DNA from: Antedon mediterranea
Lineage: Eukaryota > Animalia > Echinodermata
Direction of reading: 5' to 3'
DNA: 64,000 nucleotides
NCBI RefSeq assembly: GCF_964355755.1
Contig: NC_092678.1
Location: 19,857,365 to 19,921,364 of the forward strand
Shown here: in pieces, positions 12,266-25,334 of the stretch
Layout of the letters: every line of letters starts with the position of its first letter
Numbering within the stretch: the first letter of the stretch is position 1
Notes under the pieces: generated by a model
Seen by the model: the letters and a program-made list of their open reading frames with translations, nothing else
Told to the model about the DNA's origin: nothing
Databases searched by the model: none
Position numbers and translations under genes: made by a program

Positions 12266-15200
12266 ATGGATATCGACAGACTTCAATCGTTCCGAAGAAT
12301 TACATTTATATTGTATATATTGTTCTTATGTTTTAACGTTTCTTCTTCGTCAAATCGGAATAAAGTTGTGCTGACTGACAACAAATACCAAAATCTTATT
12401 ATTGCTATCAACAAAAAGGTTCCAGTTGATACGACTATTATTGATAGAATAAAGGTTTGTAGGTTTGGTTATCTAAAAACGGGGAATTGTGGGTTTTCCC
12501 CAGTGGACGATTGCATGTCGCTATTAAAAAAACTGATCAGACTCGACAATGCTGCTACAACCCGGAATTAAGTTTTAAATGATTCATCAGGTCATGTAAA
12601 ACTAAATTCTCAATCATTTAAGAGTTTGGTCTTACGCTAATTCTTAATAAAAAAAAAAAATAGGTTAGACCAGCCAGTTTATGGAGTCTTAAAAGAGTTT
12701 AAAGTGTTCCCGGTTGTAGGTTTGGTTATCTAAAAACGGGGAATTGTTGGTTTTTCCCCCAGCAAACGATTGCATGTCGCTATCAAAAAAATGATCAGAC
12801 TCGACAATACTGTTACTATACAACCCGGAATTAAGTTTTAAATGGTTCATCAGGTCGTATAAAACTAAATTCTCGATCATTTAAGAGTTTGGTCTTACGC
12901 TAATTCTTAATAAAAAAAATAATAGGTTAGACCAGCCAGTTGATGTCAGCTTAAAGTTTCCCCTATACAAATTCTCATCTTTAGTGATTTAATTTAAAGA
13001 GGCTCTGATTTTAATAGTTTCCTCCTATTTTGTTTGTATGGAGTTTGTTTATATTATTATAATTAAATAAAAAAAGTAGTGTTGTTTTTATAATGTAGGA
13101 TTTATTCACCGACGGATCGCGAAGACTGTTTGAGGCGACCAACAGACGGGCCTACTGGAAAACCATTACGATTTTGGTTCCTAAAACATGGCCAGCTAAT
13201 GCAAAATACATATTGCCTAAAACGGAGAGTTTTAGTGTAGCTAATATTGTGATCGACCTCCCAAATGAACGATATGAAGACAACCCCTACACACAGCAGC
13301 CTGGTCTCTGTGGACATAAGGGAGAATATATTCATTTAACACCAAATTTCATACTTAATAAAATAGACAGCGAGAAAATGTGGGGTCCCGTGGGTAAGTT
13401 GCTTCTTTTGATAAGTTGTATCTCAACAAGGACTTGATATGTTGAATATTTGGAAAGAAAAATCACGTCAGGATAGGTAACACTTTTTTCCTTACACATT
13501 TTCCCTTGAGGTTAAACCAACAGTTACACGACACAAACAGATACAATTACATAATATAAGCCTATACTTCAGTGTTCCATCCACATGACGTACAGTACAT
13601 AACAGTAAAATAATCCATATTATTTATGATTATATGCAAAATAGAAATTTATATAACAGTGTTTGATGAAATTTGGCAGATTTTTTTGTTTCCATTTAGA
13701 CAAGTTGTTGGTGCATGAATGGGGTCACCTCCAGTGGGGCCTCTTTGATGAGTATCCTACTGAGGATACTCCCAATTTCTACAAACATTCAAACAACAAA
13801 ATTGAAGCCACCAGATGTTCGCTTGCGGTCAAAGGTCAATATAAAAGGAACGGTACGGATGACGAATGTTATTTGGACCCTGAGACTGGTGTCTATGAAA
13901 GTGGATGTGTGTTCTCTCCAGATACTAAAAATCAAACTGCTACGGCTTCATATATGTATGGCCAATTCATAGACTCGGTAAGTCTTTACTTTGTTGTTTT
14001 TCCATAAGCTCACTTAAAAAAAACCAAAAAAAATAACAGAGGAGTGTTCATAGTGTTTCCAAAACGTTCCAACATTCATTAGTAGATATTTGTTTTCACC
14101 GTTTTAGTTGTGTGGCTCTCGTTTGTCACACAATCATATTAGTTATCTGCAAACATAATTTTAGACATCGTTTATTTGCGCTATCTATTATTATTATTGT
14201 TATTAATCTCGACGCGATGTGATTGTTCCACTCCAGTTGCGTTTACTTTTTTGCGTTTCTTGCAAGTGGAAACGAAGCATGCGCAGATTAACAATTTATT
14301 ATCTTACACAAATAAAAAACAAACAAAATAGAAACAAAGATATATCATATATCACAGCAATCACACAACAACAAGGCCATATACATGGCCGTAGTCGCCT
14401 GCTCAAGTTAGTGTTTACTGACCGACCGACCAACCAACCGACCGACATAGTGAGCTGTAGAGTCGCGTCGCACGCGACTAATAAACATAGCATTAGTGTC
14501 GGGATGAATGATGATTTTATTCCGTCCTCTTGATGGATATTTCGAAATAAACTTTGCCCCTGTTTTGACTGGTAACATAGTTCGTTATGTTCATTTTTTA
14601 AATGAATTTCCATTTTCAGGTCACGTCGTTCTGTCACAGTGACCCGTCAGATCCACTAGGTTATCATGATGTTGAGCTGCCTCATAAACATAATACAGTG
14701 TGTGGTTCCAGAAGTGCGTGGGATATCATTCTAAAAACACAAGATTTCAAAGGCGGTGTCAATCAACCTGTGACTGGTAATGTCGATACGACACCAACGT
14801 TTACACTTATGCAAACAACAGACCGACGTGTAGTGTTAGTATTGGACACGTCAGGGAGTATGTCTGTAAATATAATGAATTCTTTATTTTAACACACATG
14901 AATTTATCTTTGTCATTTAAGCGGCGTATTAATGGAAACAAAAATCAATTTAACAGTAGATGTTTTGTAAAACAACCTAAAATAAAAGTTTTCTACTCGT
15001 TCAATGAATATTGACTTTTTTATTTAACTCATAAACATTCAATAGTTGTATATTATCTGCCTCGGATTAATTTCGCCATTAGCACCAATGTTTGAAGTAG
15101 GCCTATAGTTAATAAACTATACATTGCAGTCGTTTTTATTTGTTTAATAAAATCGTCCAGAAATCTATTATAGAAGACAATTCTGGAAATTTGGTTTTGT

Positions 15201-18200
15201 TTACATCCTCTCCAATTTCCACAATTTTCATACCTTCTTTAACCACAGGGTGACCGGCTTCATCAACTGCGGCAATCGGCAACACATTACCTGTTATATA
15301 CCATTGACATTGGCAGTTATGTTGGTATCGTTGAATTTTCAAGTTATGGTCGAGTTTTATCTGAATTGGTATATATTGTAAACGATACATCTCGTGACAC
15401 TTTGGTGGCATCGTTACCAACAGTTGCTTCTGGTGGAACCTCTATAGAGTCTGGAGTTTTAATGGGAATTCAGGTAAGAACATCAACATAGTATGTTAAA
15501 CGGCTAAGGTGGGTTAGATATATACAAGATCATACAAATGTTACAGATTAACCACAATTTCATTGATAATAGGTACTTTCACGTAGTAGCCAAGGAACAA
15601 ACGGTGGTTCTCTTCTCCTGATGACAGATGGAATTAACAACAGTCCTACTGGTATCAACAGTACTCTGGATGACGTAGAAATAGCAGGTGTTATCGTAGA
15701 TACGATTGCCTTTTCTGATAGTGCCGATCAAAATCTTCAATATTTAAGTGATTTTTCTGGCGGTGTTTCATTTTTCTTCAACGATGTTGATGATACGTCT
15801 GTGCTTAATAGTGCCTTTGAAACAACTGTTACAAGTCGACCGGACCAAAGCTCTCAGCCGCTCCCAATAACGGTAAATGCTGTTTGTGTTATTATTTACT
15901 TGTAGATATACACACTTTTAAATAGTACTGTTTTAACATATTGAATTAACATTAGTTTGTAAAATAAAAGGTTCAAACGTCCATATTTTTATGTTTAGGA
16001 ATAACACAGAAAACAGCACTAATCAGTGACATTTTACTACAATTATTAGCTTTACAGTGATGCAGTAACAGCTGGACCAAATACAGGCAACGTCGGTGAC
16101 ATTGTGGTTATTGATTCAGATCTAGGAAAAGACACAGTTTTCGCCTTCTCGTGGATGAAATCTAACAGCATTCAACTAACTCTAACATCACCGGACGGAA
16201 TTTTAGTTAATCAAAGTTTACAAAAGATAGATGACTCGTTGAAAATGATAACGATTAAGATTCCGAATAATGCCCAGGTAAGGTATGAACATGGGAGTAT
16301 TTATGTCACAAAGATGAAAGACTTTTTCAATAAAATGTCCATGTCATGGAATCTTCTGTCTTGTAATGCAATTGTTAGGCTTATACTTTCGTAACTTGAA
16401 GTTGACTGATGGGCTTTTGGAGTTTTTGAAATATTGTACTTACTTTCGTCTAAAAATAGTGGTATAAATATTGAGTAAAACTATTATAAATATTTAATAT
16501 AATAATTAGCCTTTTTTGTTATATCAGGTAGGAATTTGGAATTTCAGCGTACAATGCCCGAGTACAGATACTGTCACTGTAAATGTGCAATCGAGTCCTC
16601 TGACTGCTGACAATTGCCCTATAACAGTCGCCGCACTCGTAGGTGACCCTTCGATTGATTACACGACAAAGTCATACACAATAATCTGCGTAGTTGTCAC
16701 CAAGTGCTATTTACCCGTAGTAGGTGCTGATGTATTGGCTATAATTGAAAGTTCAAATGCATGTCAGACGGTAGAATTAATACTATTTGATAATGGAGCA
16801 GGAGCAGATGTCACCAAAGATGATGGAATATATTGTGGTTATTTTCTGGACGCATGTGGAGACGGTCGCTATAGTGTTGATGTAAAAGTCAAAAGTCCGG
16901 AGAAAAATACAGCTTTTGTTAACATGGCTAAAGCAACGGGATCGCTACCAATCAATCCAGGTCAGCATACTCTAAATCTACATGAATATGTCCAGTCCTC
17001 ATTTAAAGGTCTATCATTAATAATCAAATGTAGGCTTATGATCACAGAATAGTCACGGTGTAGGCCTACTTTGTGGATACATCAGACATGCTAAAACAAG
17101 TCTAACTTAAACTTACATTTAAAAAAACCCTTACAAATAGCTGTTAATTATTATTTAGATTCAACGACGAATAAAGAATTACCAGTTTTTGTCCCGACTG
17201 GAATGTTTTCACGCAGTGCTTCAGGGGGAGTTATCCAGGTAACAGGTTATGTCAACAGACCACCGACAACCGATCTCATATCTCCATCGAAGATCATCGA
17301 TCTCAGAGTTCTTGCAACTTCGTATTCAGAACAGAAAGTTGTATTACAATGGACGGCAGTAGGAGACGATTTAGATACAGGAAATGGTATGTGCATGTTG
17401 TATAAACAATTGATTATTAACTTCCTACAACCAACCCCCTACCTAACTTTCCCACTTCCCCGACCCTTAATCTCCACCATCGCTCCATTCTCTCTTTTTC
17501 TCTTTCTTGTGCTAGACTTACGAGCCATTACCAATGCACGTTACACAAAGTGTTGTATACAGTCTGCGCGTATAATAGGAGCGATCGTTTAAACATGCCT
17601 AAGTATTGGTAGAACTACGATGTAACCAGAGCCAGCAAAGCCTGCGTGTCTAAAATTTGACGCAAATGTGACCGAGGAAGAATAACTTACCGATTTGTTT
17701 ATAGCCTAAACCGGATGTAGGCTGACCCTTATCGGATGTTACCGGCCCTCTATCGACAAATTGCATATGAATGCAGTTTTAGTTTAAACTATATTGATCT
17801 GCATTATCACACGTGAGAGTCAGATATGATATTATTTCTTCATTTTGGAACCGTTGATATGTTTTAGTTTCAATTTATAATGTTAACTTATGTTTTCCTT
17901 ATTTTCTAGCAACTAAATACGAACTTAAAATGTCAAACAGTTTCTCAGAACTGCTTACAAATTTCGCAAATGCGCGTGAAATAAATAACATTGACGTCAT
18001 TGAAGGGGATATAACAATAGTTAGACCAGCTGGTGTTGTTGAAAGAATAGGGTTGAGAGTGCCAACACGAGGGGCCAATCAAACATATTTTTTTGCTATT
18101 CGAGCCCAGGATGAAGCAAGTAATTACGGTGATGTTTCTAACATTGTGTCGGCAAATATGCAATATATACCGCCGATTCCTTATATGTTTAATTCAACAA

Positions 18201-18583
18201 CTGTGTCTCTAACATCTGCTGATACAACAACTAAACATCCTACAAGTGTGCCTGTCACTATCCCTGCCAATAACTCCACTATCACAACTGATTTAAGTAC
18301 CACGACAACTATGAATGGCACTGCTAATCATACAGACAGTACACAATACCCTACTATTCCAACATCTCCTACAAAAAGCACTGAACCCATCGAAGCAACT
18401 GCTCAGCCACCCGAAAATGAAGATAGAACAGCGCTGTGGGCGTCGCTCAGTGCTGTTGTTGGGATTGCTTTAATTGCTTTAGCTGTCTTTGGAATTATCA
18501 AGTTTGTAGGGAAGAAGAACAAAGTTGACATTGACCCAGAAAGCGGACAGGAAATGACGTCAAGTCAAAGTTTTGAAGAATAA
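12266..18583 (+). CDS. CLCA: Calcium-activated chloride channel regulator (CLCA family) copy 1, short stalk
   Basis: Exons 12266-12454, 13099-13393, 13700-13977, 14620-14865, 15249-15473, 15573-15872, 16050-16277, 16528-16960, 17159-17386, 17910-18583. Signal peptide, PYTQQPGLCGHKGEYIHLTP, HEWGH..WGLFDEY zinc motif, VWA MIDAS (DTSGS, GGTS, TDG), DNGAGAD..KDDGIY, FnIII-like WTAVGDDLD, C-terminal TM helix. Confidence 0.93.
12458..12945 (+). repeat. ~255-bp tandem duplication in CLCA intron 1
   Basis: tgtaggtttggttatctaaaaacggggaattg...taggttagaccagccagtt occurs twice (from about 12458 and 12715), and twice again in copy 2 (from about 25527 and 25783). It therefore predates the gene duplication or was co-converted. 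Confidence 0.85.
14370..14480 (+). mobile_element. Short Helentron/HINE-like element
   Basis: aacaaggccatatacatggc start, internal (gacc/aacc)n microsatellite, terminal hairpin agtcgcgt-cgc-acgcgact. Family assignment is inferred from this layout. Confidence 0.45.
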
Positions 18584-19231
18584 TATTTTTTTTTAATAGA
18601 CATATATTATGTTGGTCATGATAGGTTATTTTAAAGTAATATTTTAGGTCATATTTATAAATAAAAAATATGACTTCCGCCAGTTGTATAGTATGTACCG
18701 GTAGATAAAAGTCCGAACATGCTTAATTGTTAACATAATGTGTGTGATATCTCCTAAATATTGTGAATGACGTGTTTACTTAAATTCAAAGATCCTATAT
18801 ACTTTCAGATCTTCATGTACGGAAGTATCATACTTATGTACAGGTATAATAAATAATAATAATTATTATTATCATTATTTATAGTTCAACTATTTGTTAT
18901 TCTTGATTAATTTCGAAATAGTGTTATATTGCGGTTACATTTTTTTCAATTCAATTTATTTTCCACATTTGGCACCCACAAACATGTACATGGATGATGC
19001 ATATCTTAAAGCTAACCTTGGCAAATAATATAATTGACAATAAAAATAAAAAGAATAAATAAATAAGGCAGTATACAAATAAATAACAACGTTATATGTG
19101 TGATGATAGATCACTTATTATCTTTAATCATTTAAGAAGTGAGCCCTCTGTATAATGTGAGCCCTCCTCTGGTGAGGTGCACAACAAACAGTGTACAATA
19201 TGGCGTCTGAATAAATGGATCCTGAGACTAT

Positions 19232-21398
19232 GGCCCTGTTCAGACCCATGGCGTTAGACCGTTTTAGCGTACAACGTTACTATCAAGGTCACGTTACAAA
19301 CCGCAGAGAAAAAAACGAGGTGTTCAGACCCATAGCGTACGATTATCATTGTAACAACGGAAGTACGTCATCCAGGTTGTTTCTAGTTGCATATTCATGT
19401 GCTCTTACCCACGTGTTTTCATCATTATTACCACTGTATATAGGCCTAGATCTCAGCCCTACAATTATGACAAAATTTGCCGTAAATAAAACATACCTCA
19501 GCATTTATTTAAGAAAAATATAGTAGTGCCAAATTTCTGTTTCTATTGTTTTTATTTTGTTTGTAGTAAAAAACATTTTCCCCAGGCTCTTGTGTTACGA
19601 AAATAAAGCAGGCCTCGTAATGATGAAGAAAAAAATGATTGTGATTAGTCTATCCAGTCCAGTCAAAGATATATATTCTTTGGTCCAGTCGGTTGAAAAT
19701 AACCCTTAACTTGCTAATAAAAGGGACACAGCTCCCCTTGTTTGTTTACTGATTTGTTTAGGAGTTAGGGGGTTTTCAGCATTAAACTTGTCCAGTCTAG
19801 TCGGGTGTCACGAAAGCTCAGACCACGAAAGCTCAGACCCCCTAAGACCTAAGATCACGAAAGCTAAGACCCAACACCTAAGATTACAAATATTTATCTT
19901 TCGCACCTGCCTTGTATTTTAACTCCCAACATTTATTCTGAATACCACACCTTAGAATTGGCACTTTCATGAAAAAGAATCCCATAAAAAGTAACAAATA
20001 CATTTTTAAATTGATGATTTTACAGACGTTTTTCTCGCACACAAAATGACTAGCCTACAGTACAGTAGGCCTACCCCATGGGCCATGTTCAATGTTTTTG
20101 TTTCTATGGAACGTCAAAAGAGCAAAAATTATATAGAGGGCTGAAAACTCTGTGGAGTCCATCTACAGTGTGGATGGAACAATGTAAAATTAAAATTGTA
20201 ATGATAATAGTATAATCATGTAAGTACGAAGAAATAAATACTGGCAAATAAATTTTAATTTAAAAATCATGATAAGTTTTTTTGTTTCGTTTTCTTTCTG
20301 TTTTTATACTTGTACTATTATTGTTGCTCTTTTGGCGCTCCATAGAAACAAAAACATTGAGCATGGGTAGCTCGAGGAGTTACATTAGTATTACAGTATA
20401 CAAAGAAACACATCTGTAAAATCATCAATTTAAAGGATTTATTTATTTGTTATTATGTGTTTCTCCTTCTGAAAGTACTTATAAGTCCTAATTTTAAAGT
20501 GTGGTGTTCAGGATAAAGTTAGCCAACAAATTTGGAGTCAAAATACAAGAAAGGCAGGTGCGTAAGAAAAACATCCTCTGAACCAACACAATGGAGTAAA
20601 TATATACCAACAAACAACCCGTCAAGTTTGTTTGTTGTAAAGAAAAAATATACATTTACTCAACGGGCGAAAATAATGTGAGTTTATCTATGTTTTGCGG
20701 TAGTATTAAATTATATTTATGGTAATAAATGAAACCTACTGTGTTTAAAATTATGTATGGATAAACAAGTATTGTTTTTAAGCTGTAGTATATCTTAGTA
20801 TTTGTAATCTTAGGTGTTGGGTCTTAGCTTTCGTGATCTTAGGTCTTAGGGGGTCTGAGCTTTCGTGGTCTGAGCTTTCGTGACACCCCAGTCTAGTCTG
20901 CCTTGTATGAATGACTGACTTGATGTCCCACGCTAGTTTTTAGCTTGAATGAAATGCGTGAATGGCTCTAGGCCTAGCTAGGCCTAAAAAGCGGATGGGA
21001 TCGTAGTCCCTATGTTTAAATACAAGGTGCATGTATTTAAGTCATTTGTTAGAAAATATATTGGTAATCAGTTGATAGTAGTTTGTAGCCTTTGTAACAG
21101 TTGTATTTGTAGTGTAGTTAGGCCTTATTTATTCTGGCCTTTTTGTTATTGAAATCCATCTCACACATTGACGATACAAGATGTCAGCCTAGGTCAATTC
21201 TTGTTTCGCGTCATAACAGGAAACGTTCTGATTGGATACAACGTTGACTTACAGTAGCGTCGTACGCTAAAACGGTACTATCAACCGTTTTCCACTACAA
21301 CGCTACAACCGTTGTACGCTAATCCCCAACTGTTCAGACACACATTCTTTTAGCGTCGTACGCTAAAACGGTCTAACGCCATGGGTCTGAACAGGGCC
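19232..21398. mobile_element. Non-autonomous Harbinger-like DNA transposon
   Basis: ~41-bp TIR ggccctgttcagacccatggcgttagaccgttttagcgtac and its exact reverse complement at about 21358-21398. Flanked by TAT on both sides. Absent from duplication unit 2. Confidence 0.8.
19803..20888. mobile_element. MULE/foldback-like element nested in the Harbinger-like element
   Basis: ~90-bp TIRs gggtgtcacgaaagctcagaccacgaaagctcagaccccc.. with internal repeats. TSD cagtctagtc at 19793-19802 and 20889-20898. A solo right-end fragment lies at about 37915-37985. Confidence 0.85.
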
Positions 21399-24300
21399 TA
21401 TAATGAAGTTGTAATCGTCTGTTATTATTGTGATCATTCACCCACCAGTCGAGCAGCAAAGTGCTCATTTAACCGTTAAAACGCTGTTTTTTAACTGCGC
21501 AGGTCACTGAGCATCGCCAAGTTATAGTGACTTCCGGTTCGCTTTTCACTTCGCGGCAAGCATTTTGCATGGGAATACCCTTACAAATCTGCTGCAATTT
21601 CCACCATCCGGGTTAAATTATATCTTTCTATATTTGGAAATTGTTACTCCTAATATGGAAGATTATTCCCGCCACAAAATTTTGATATAAATACCCCAGG
21701 AAATGACGACAGAGCTTATTGAAGAAAAAAGTGCAGATGGAGGTGTTCGTTGAGGTAGGCTACATGATTTATTTGTTTGGTTCCGTAGGGAATCCGGCAC
21801 TTTTCTCATCAGCACGGAACCTTTATAAAAACTTAGTGGTTGGTTATTAGGTTATTAATCTATCTTTTCTGAAAGTTTAAGCTTGGTTCAGCTTGTGGGA
21901 CGGATTCAATATCCGTTCAAAGCTGGGGATAATATATTCTAAGCAGACTCCATCTTGGATTCGTATGTTTAGTACAGGCCGTGTGGTTGAGTAATTTCAA
22001 TCCTTCAAAATCACTATGTGCAATCCGTTTTTAAACCAGTTAATATACCAAAATATGTTATTAGTAGCTTTATTATTTTAGATTTGGTGCTAGTTTGGTA
22101 AATATTGCAATATAATTGTAGATTATTTGGTTGTAAAAAAATGTACCCAACTTGTATTATCTAGGCCTAGGCTAGGCCTAGCCCATTTGACGGAAACCCA
22201 GTGCTATTTGTAGAGGGATAGAGAGAGGGCCGCAGGCTAGTTTTTAGTGGCATATCGCCGACTTATTATAATCAATGTGAAGCCATATTATGTTTAAAAT
22301 GTTGTATCTATATCCACTGAATTATGGATATATATCGTCGGATATTTAAAGAAAGTCCTAGGCCTTGACCTTTTAATTTATTTAATTAATTTAGGACTAT
22401 ATTACGGGAAATTCTTTGCCAAAGAAAAGAAAATATGTTGTGGCTGTTGGAGGTTTGTAAATATATGACAATAATGTAGCCTAGGCTAGGAAGGACTGTA
22501 GGTAGGATTAGGTAATTTGGATGGTCGTACATAGTATGATATTTATATATACAGTATAGTAGTGATCATGGCGACAAAATTTAGGATGACTAAAATTGAC
22601 ATTAAAATTATTTAACTATGAATAGCTCATTATTGGTGTTTTTTTTCTTTCAGGTTTCTAAGAATAAACTATCCGACTTGTGATTCATCTTGTGCTGCAA
22701 AAACAATCCTATTTTGATATTTGTAAATTGATGTACGTAACAGATGTCTTTAAAAATAAAAAAAAAATAAACATTTTTATTATCGCGATGATTTAACTCA
22801 AATATTGACATATATAACTTGATATTTTAGCCTGAGCAAGATAGTTTGATAGGCATATTTTACTTCGATGTAAACAAGATATTAAATGTTATACTGTATG
22901 TAAAATACTTTTGTGTAAATAAAATTATTTAATGGTGGTTAATTTATTAACTTGTTAATTTGTTTGTTAGTTATGATGTTATACTATTAATTATTTAGTT
23001 AGTAACCAAAGTGGAGTGGATTCGTGGCAGTTGCAACTTGACTGTAATATGCATATATATAATAATATGTACTTCTTCTTGGATAAAGTTAAAGGAAAAT
23101 AAGCAATAAAAAAAATTAAATATTTATTTTGCCATAAAGAAAGCAAAAACTAAACATACAGTACTATATGTACAGTAATACCATGGACCTATAGGTCCAT
23201 GGTAATACATACTGTAGTATTGAGCACCAGTAGCAGAGACGTCTGGACAATCGAATATAATCGTTATCAGCTGTCTGGGTACCCAAGGCTAGTGCTAGAA
23301 AATGGCGAAAATTCGTGTATTCATTCGCCGTCAGCGAAATGAATCCGGCACTTTTCTCATCAGAAGCAAATCAACAAATCCTGTTATCAGTTTGTTTTGA
23401 TATATAATCTGGATAATATATATTAAAATGGCCTTGGTTCAAGCATGTTTAACAGGTAAAATCAAATTTTTTCCTACCTAGGCCCCTTAGGCCTTAGCAC
23501 TGCGGTACCCTACGCCGTGTGGGGGAACCGATCTCGGCAGTATTTCTAAAGTAGCCTATCTTTCGTAAACTCCTTAGTTGAATTTTATTAATATAAATTT
23601 AATTGTATGAATATGCTATTTAAATGTTATTGAAAATGTTTTTTCTGCATTTTGTAATTCCGCACTACTTGCTTTATAGCGATTCCAAGATGGCGGCAAT
23701 TCAAATTTTGATTTGGTAATAATTCGCGAGGTCAACCACTTTGCTGCCCGACTGCCACCGAACCCATCAAAACATAAACATATGAACATTTTCTGACTGT
23801 AAATAATGAAATAAAGAAATTGCCACAATTTGGGCCAGCATAAAAAAATGGAATGTAATCTAAGATGGGAATTGCAGGTTTATATTGAATAACAATATTT
23901 AGCAGATAATCTTGTCGCGATTGTTCACTGTTGATGTAGACTAGTGTATGGTGCACACTTGTGGTACGTCATGTTGATGTTAATCAAGTACGAATTAATG
24001 CATAGGTTGCTGTTACTGAAGCGTGGTTCCTACTAGCGACACAACGTAACGCAATCAACTCAGAAAGCACCGGACATTTCGTCGGGCCCCGTCGTACGAC
24101 GCTGTCTCAGCTCGCCTTTAATAATATTATGACATATTATGACAGATCATTTCAAGAAATGGAACGAAAAGAAGACACACAAGAGATGACTGGATGAAGT
24201 AAAGTAAATTGAGAGGAGAGGATGCCGAGCTTAGAAAAGAAAATCAGTTTAATGTTTCGGCCATTACATTGAAAATGTATCCTACTCTATTGCACGCTTC

Positions 24301-25334
24301 ATAAAAGAATAAAATGCTCAAAAGGCTTTCAATAATATGATGTATTGAAATTGAAGAGATTTAATTTCGTTCTTTATTTCCTGTTTGGTTTCTATTCTAG
24401 ATCCGATTTTTTAAAATCTAGAACAGGAAGTAGTTGCTAATGATAAATGAAATGTATAATATCTACACACAAATGGAATGTATTTCCCAATTGAGATAAT
24501 TTATTGTTAACTCATGCGGTAACAAACATAGTGCGCTAAAAGTGTCTATTTACCGTACTATCTACCTATTACGTGTTTACTTATGATTATATTTTTGACA
24601 TAAGCATTTATTAAAAAAAAAAGAATCAATCAATGTAACTTATTCTTTGCTCAATTAATTAAAGATCAAAAAAATATTTTAAATTATATAGAGTTGCTTA
24701 TTAAAGTATTTCATTGCTTTTTTTTGTTAAATAGTGGTATAAAACAAATCGTATAATGTCTTAAATTAAAATTCAAATTCAACTAACATTTATTTCATCA
24801 AATGCCATAATACAGAGCATACAGATGAGGACCAATCTAGATGTAAACTTGGCCCATTAAAATGATCATAAAAAGATCCTTAAAAAATCATGAGACAAAT
24901 GAGAATAATGAAGCATTATTGATACTAATAATAGATTAAAAGACAGAAATAAAACAGGCTTAAGGTTAACAACTTTGGTGATATTTTATAAACGGATTAA
25001 ACGTTATCTAATTGCTATGTTAGAATGTCATGTTATCAATCTAAAGAAAAAAATAACTTCCACTCAACACAAACGTCACAATCATTATCTGATCATTAGT
25101 CTTTAAATTGTTTACTTGTCAATTGTTTGGCATTTTAAATCTGTTGTTATACACGCAATACATAATAATAATCTTGCTTTATAGCAACTATACTATGCCT
25201 GATAAGAAGCACAAATCAAAGAGATAACATTGTTGCTTAACATCTTGAACGTTGTACTTGGACGATAACAACTTTCATTAAGAGTTACTAATTACGATGA
25301 CATTGACATAAGGTACTATTCTTGGTCAGGCATC

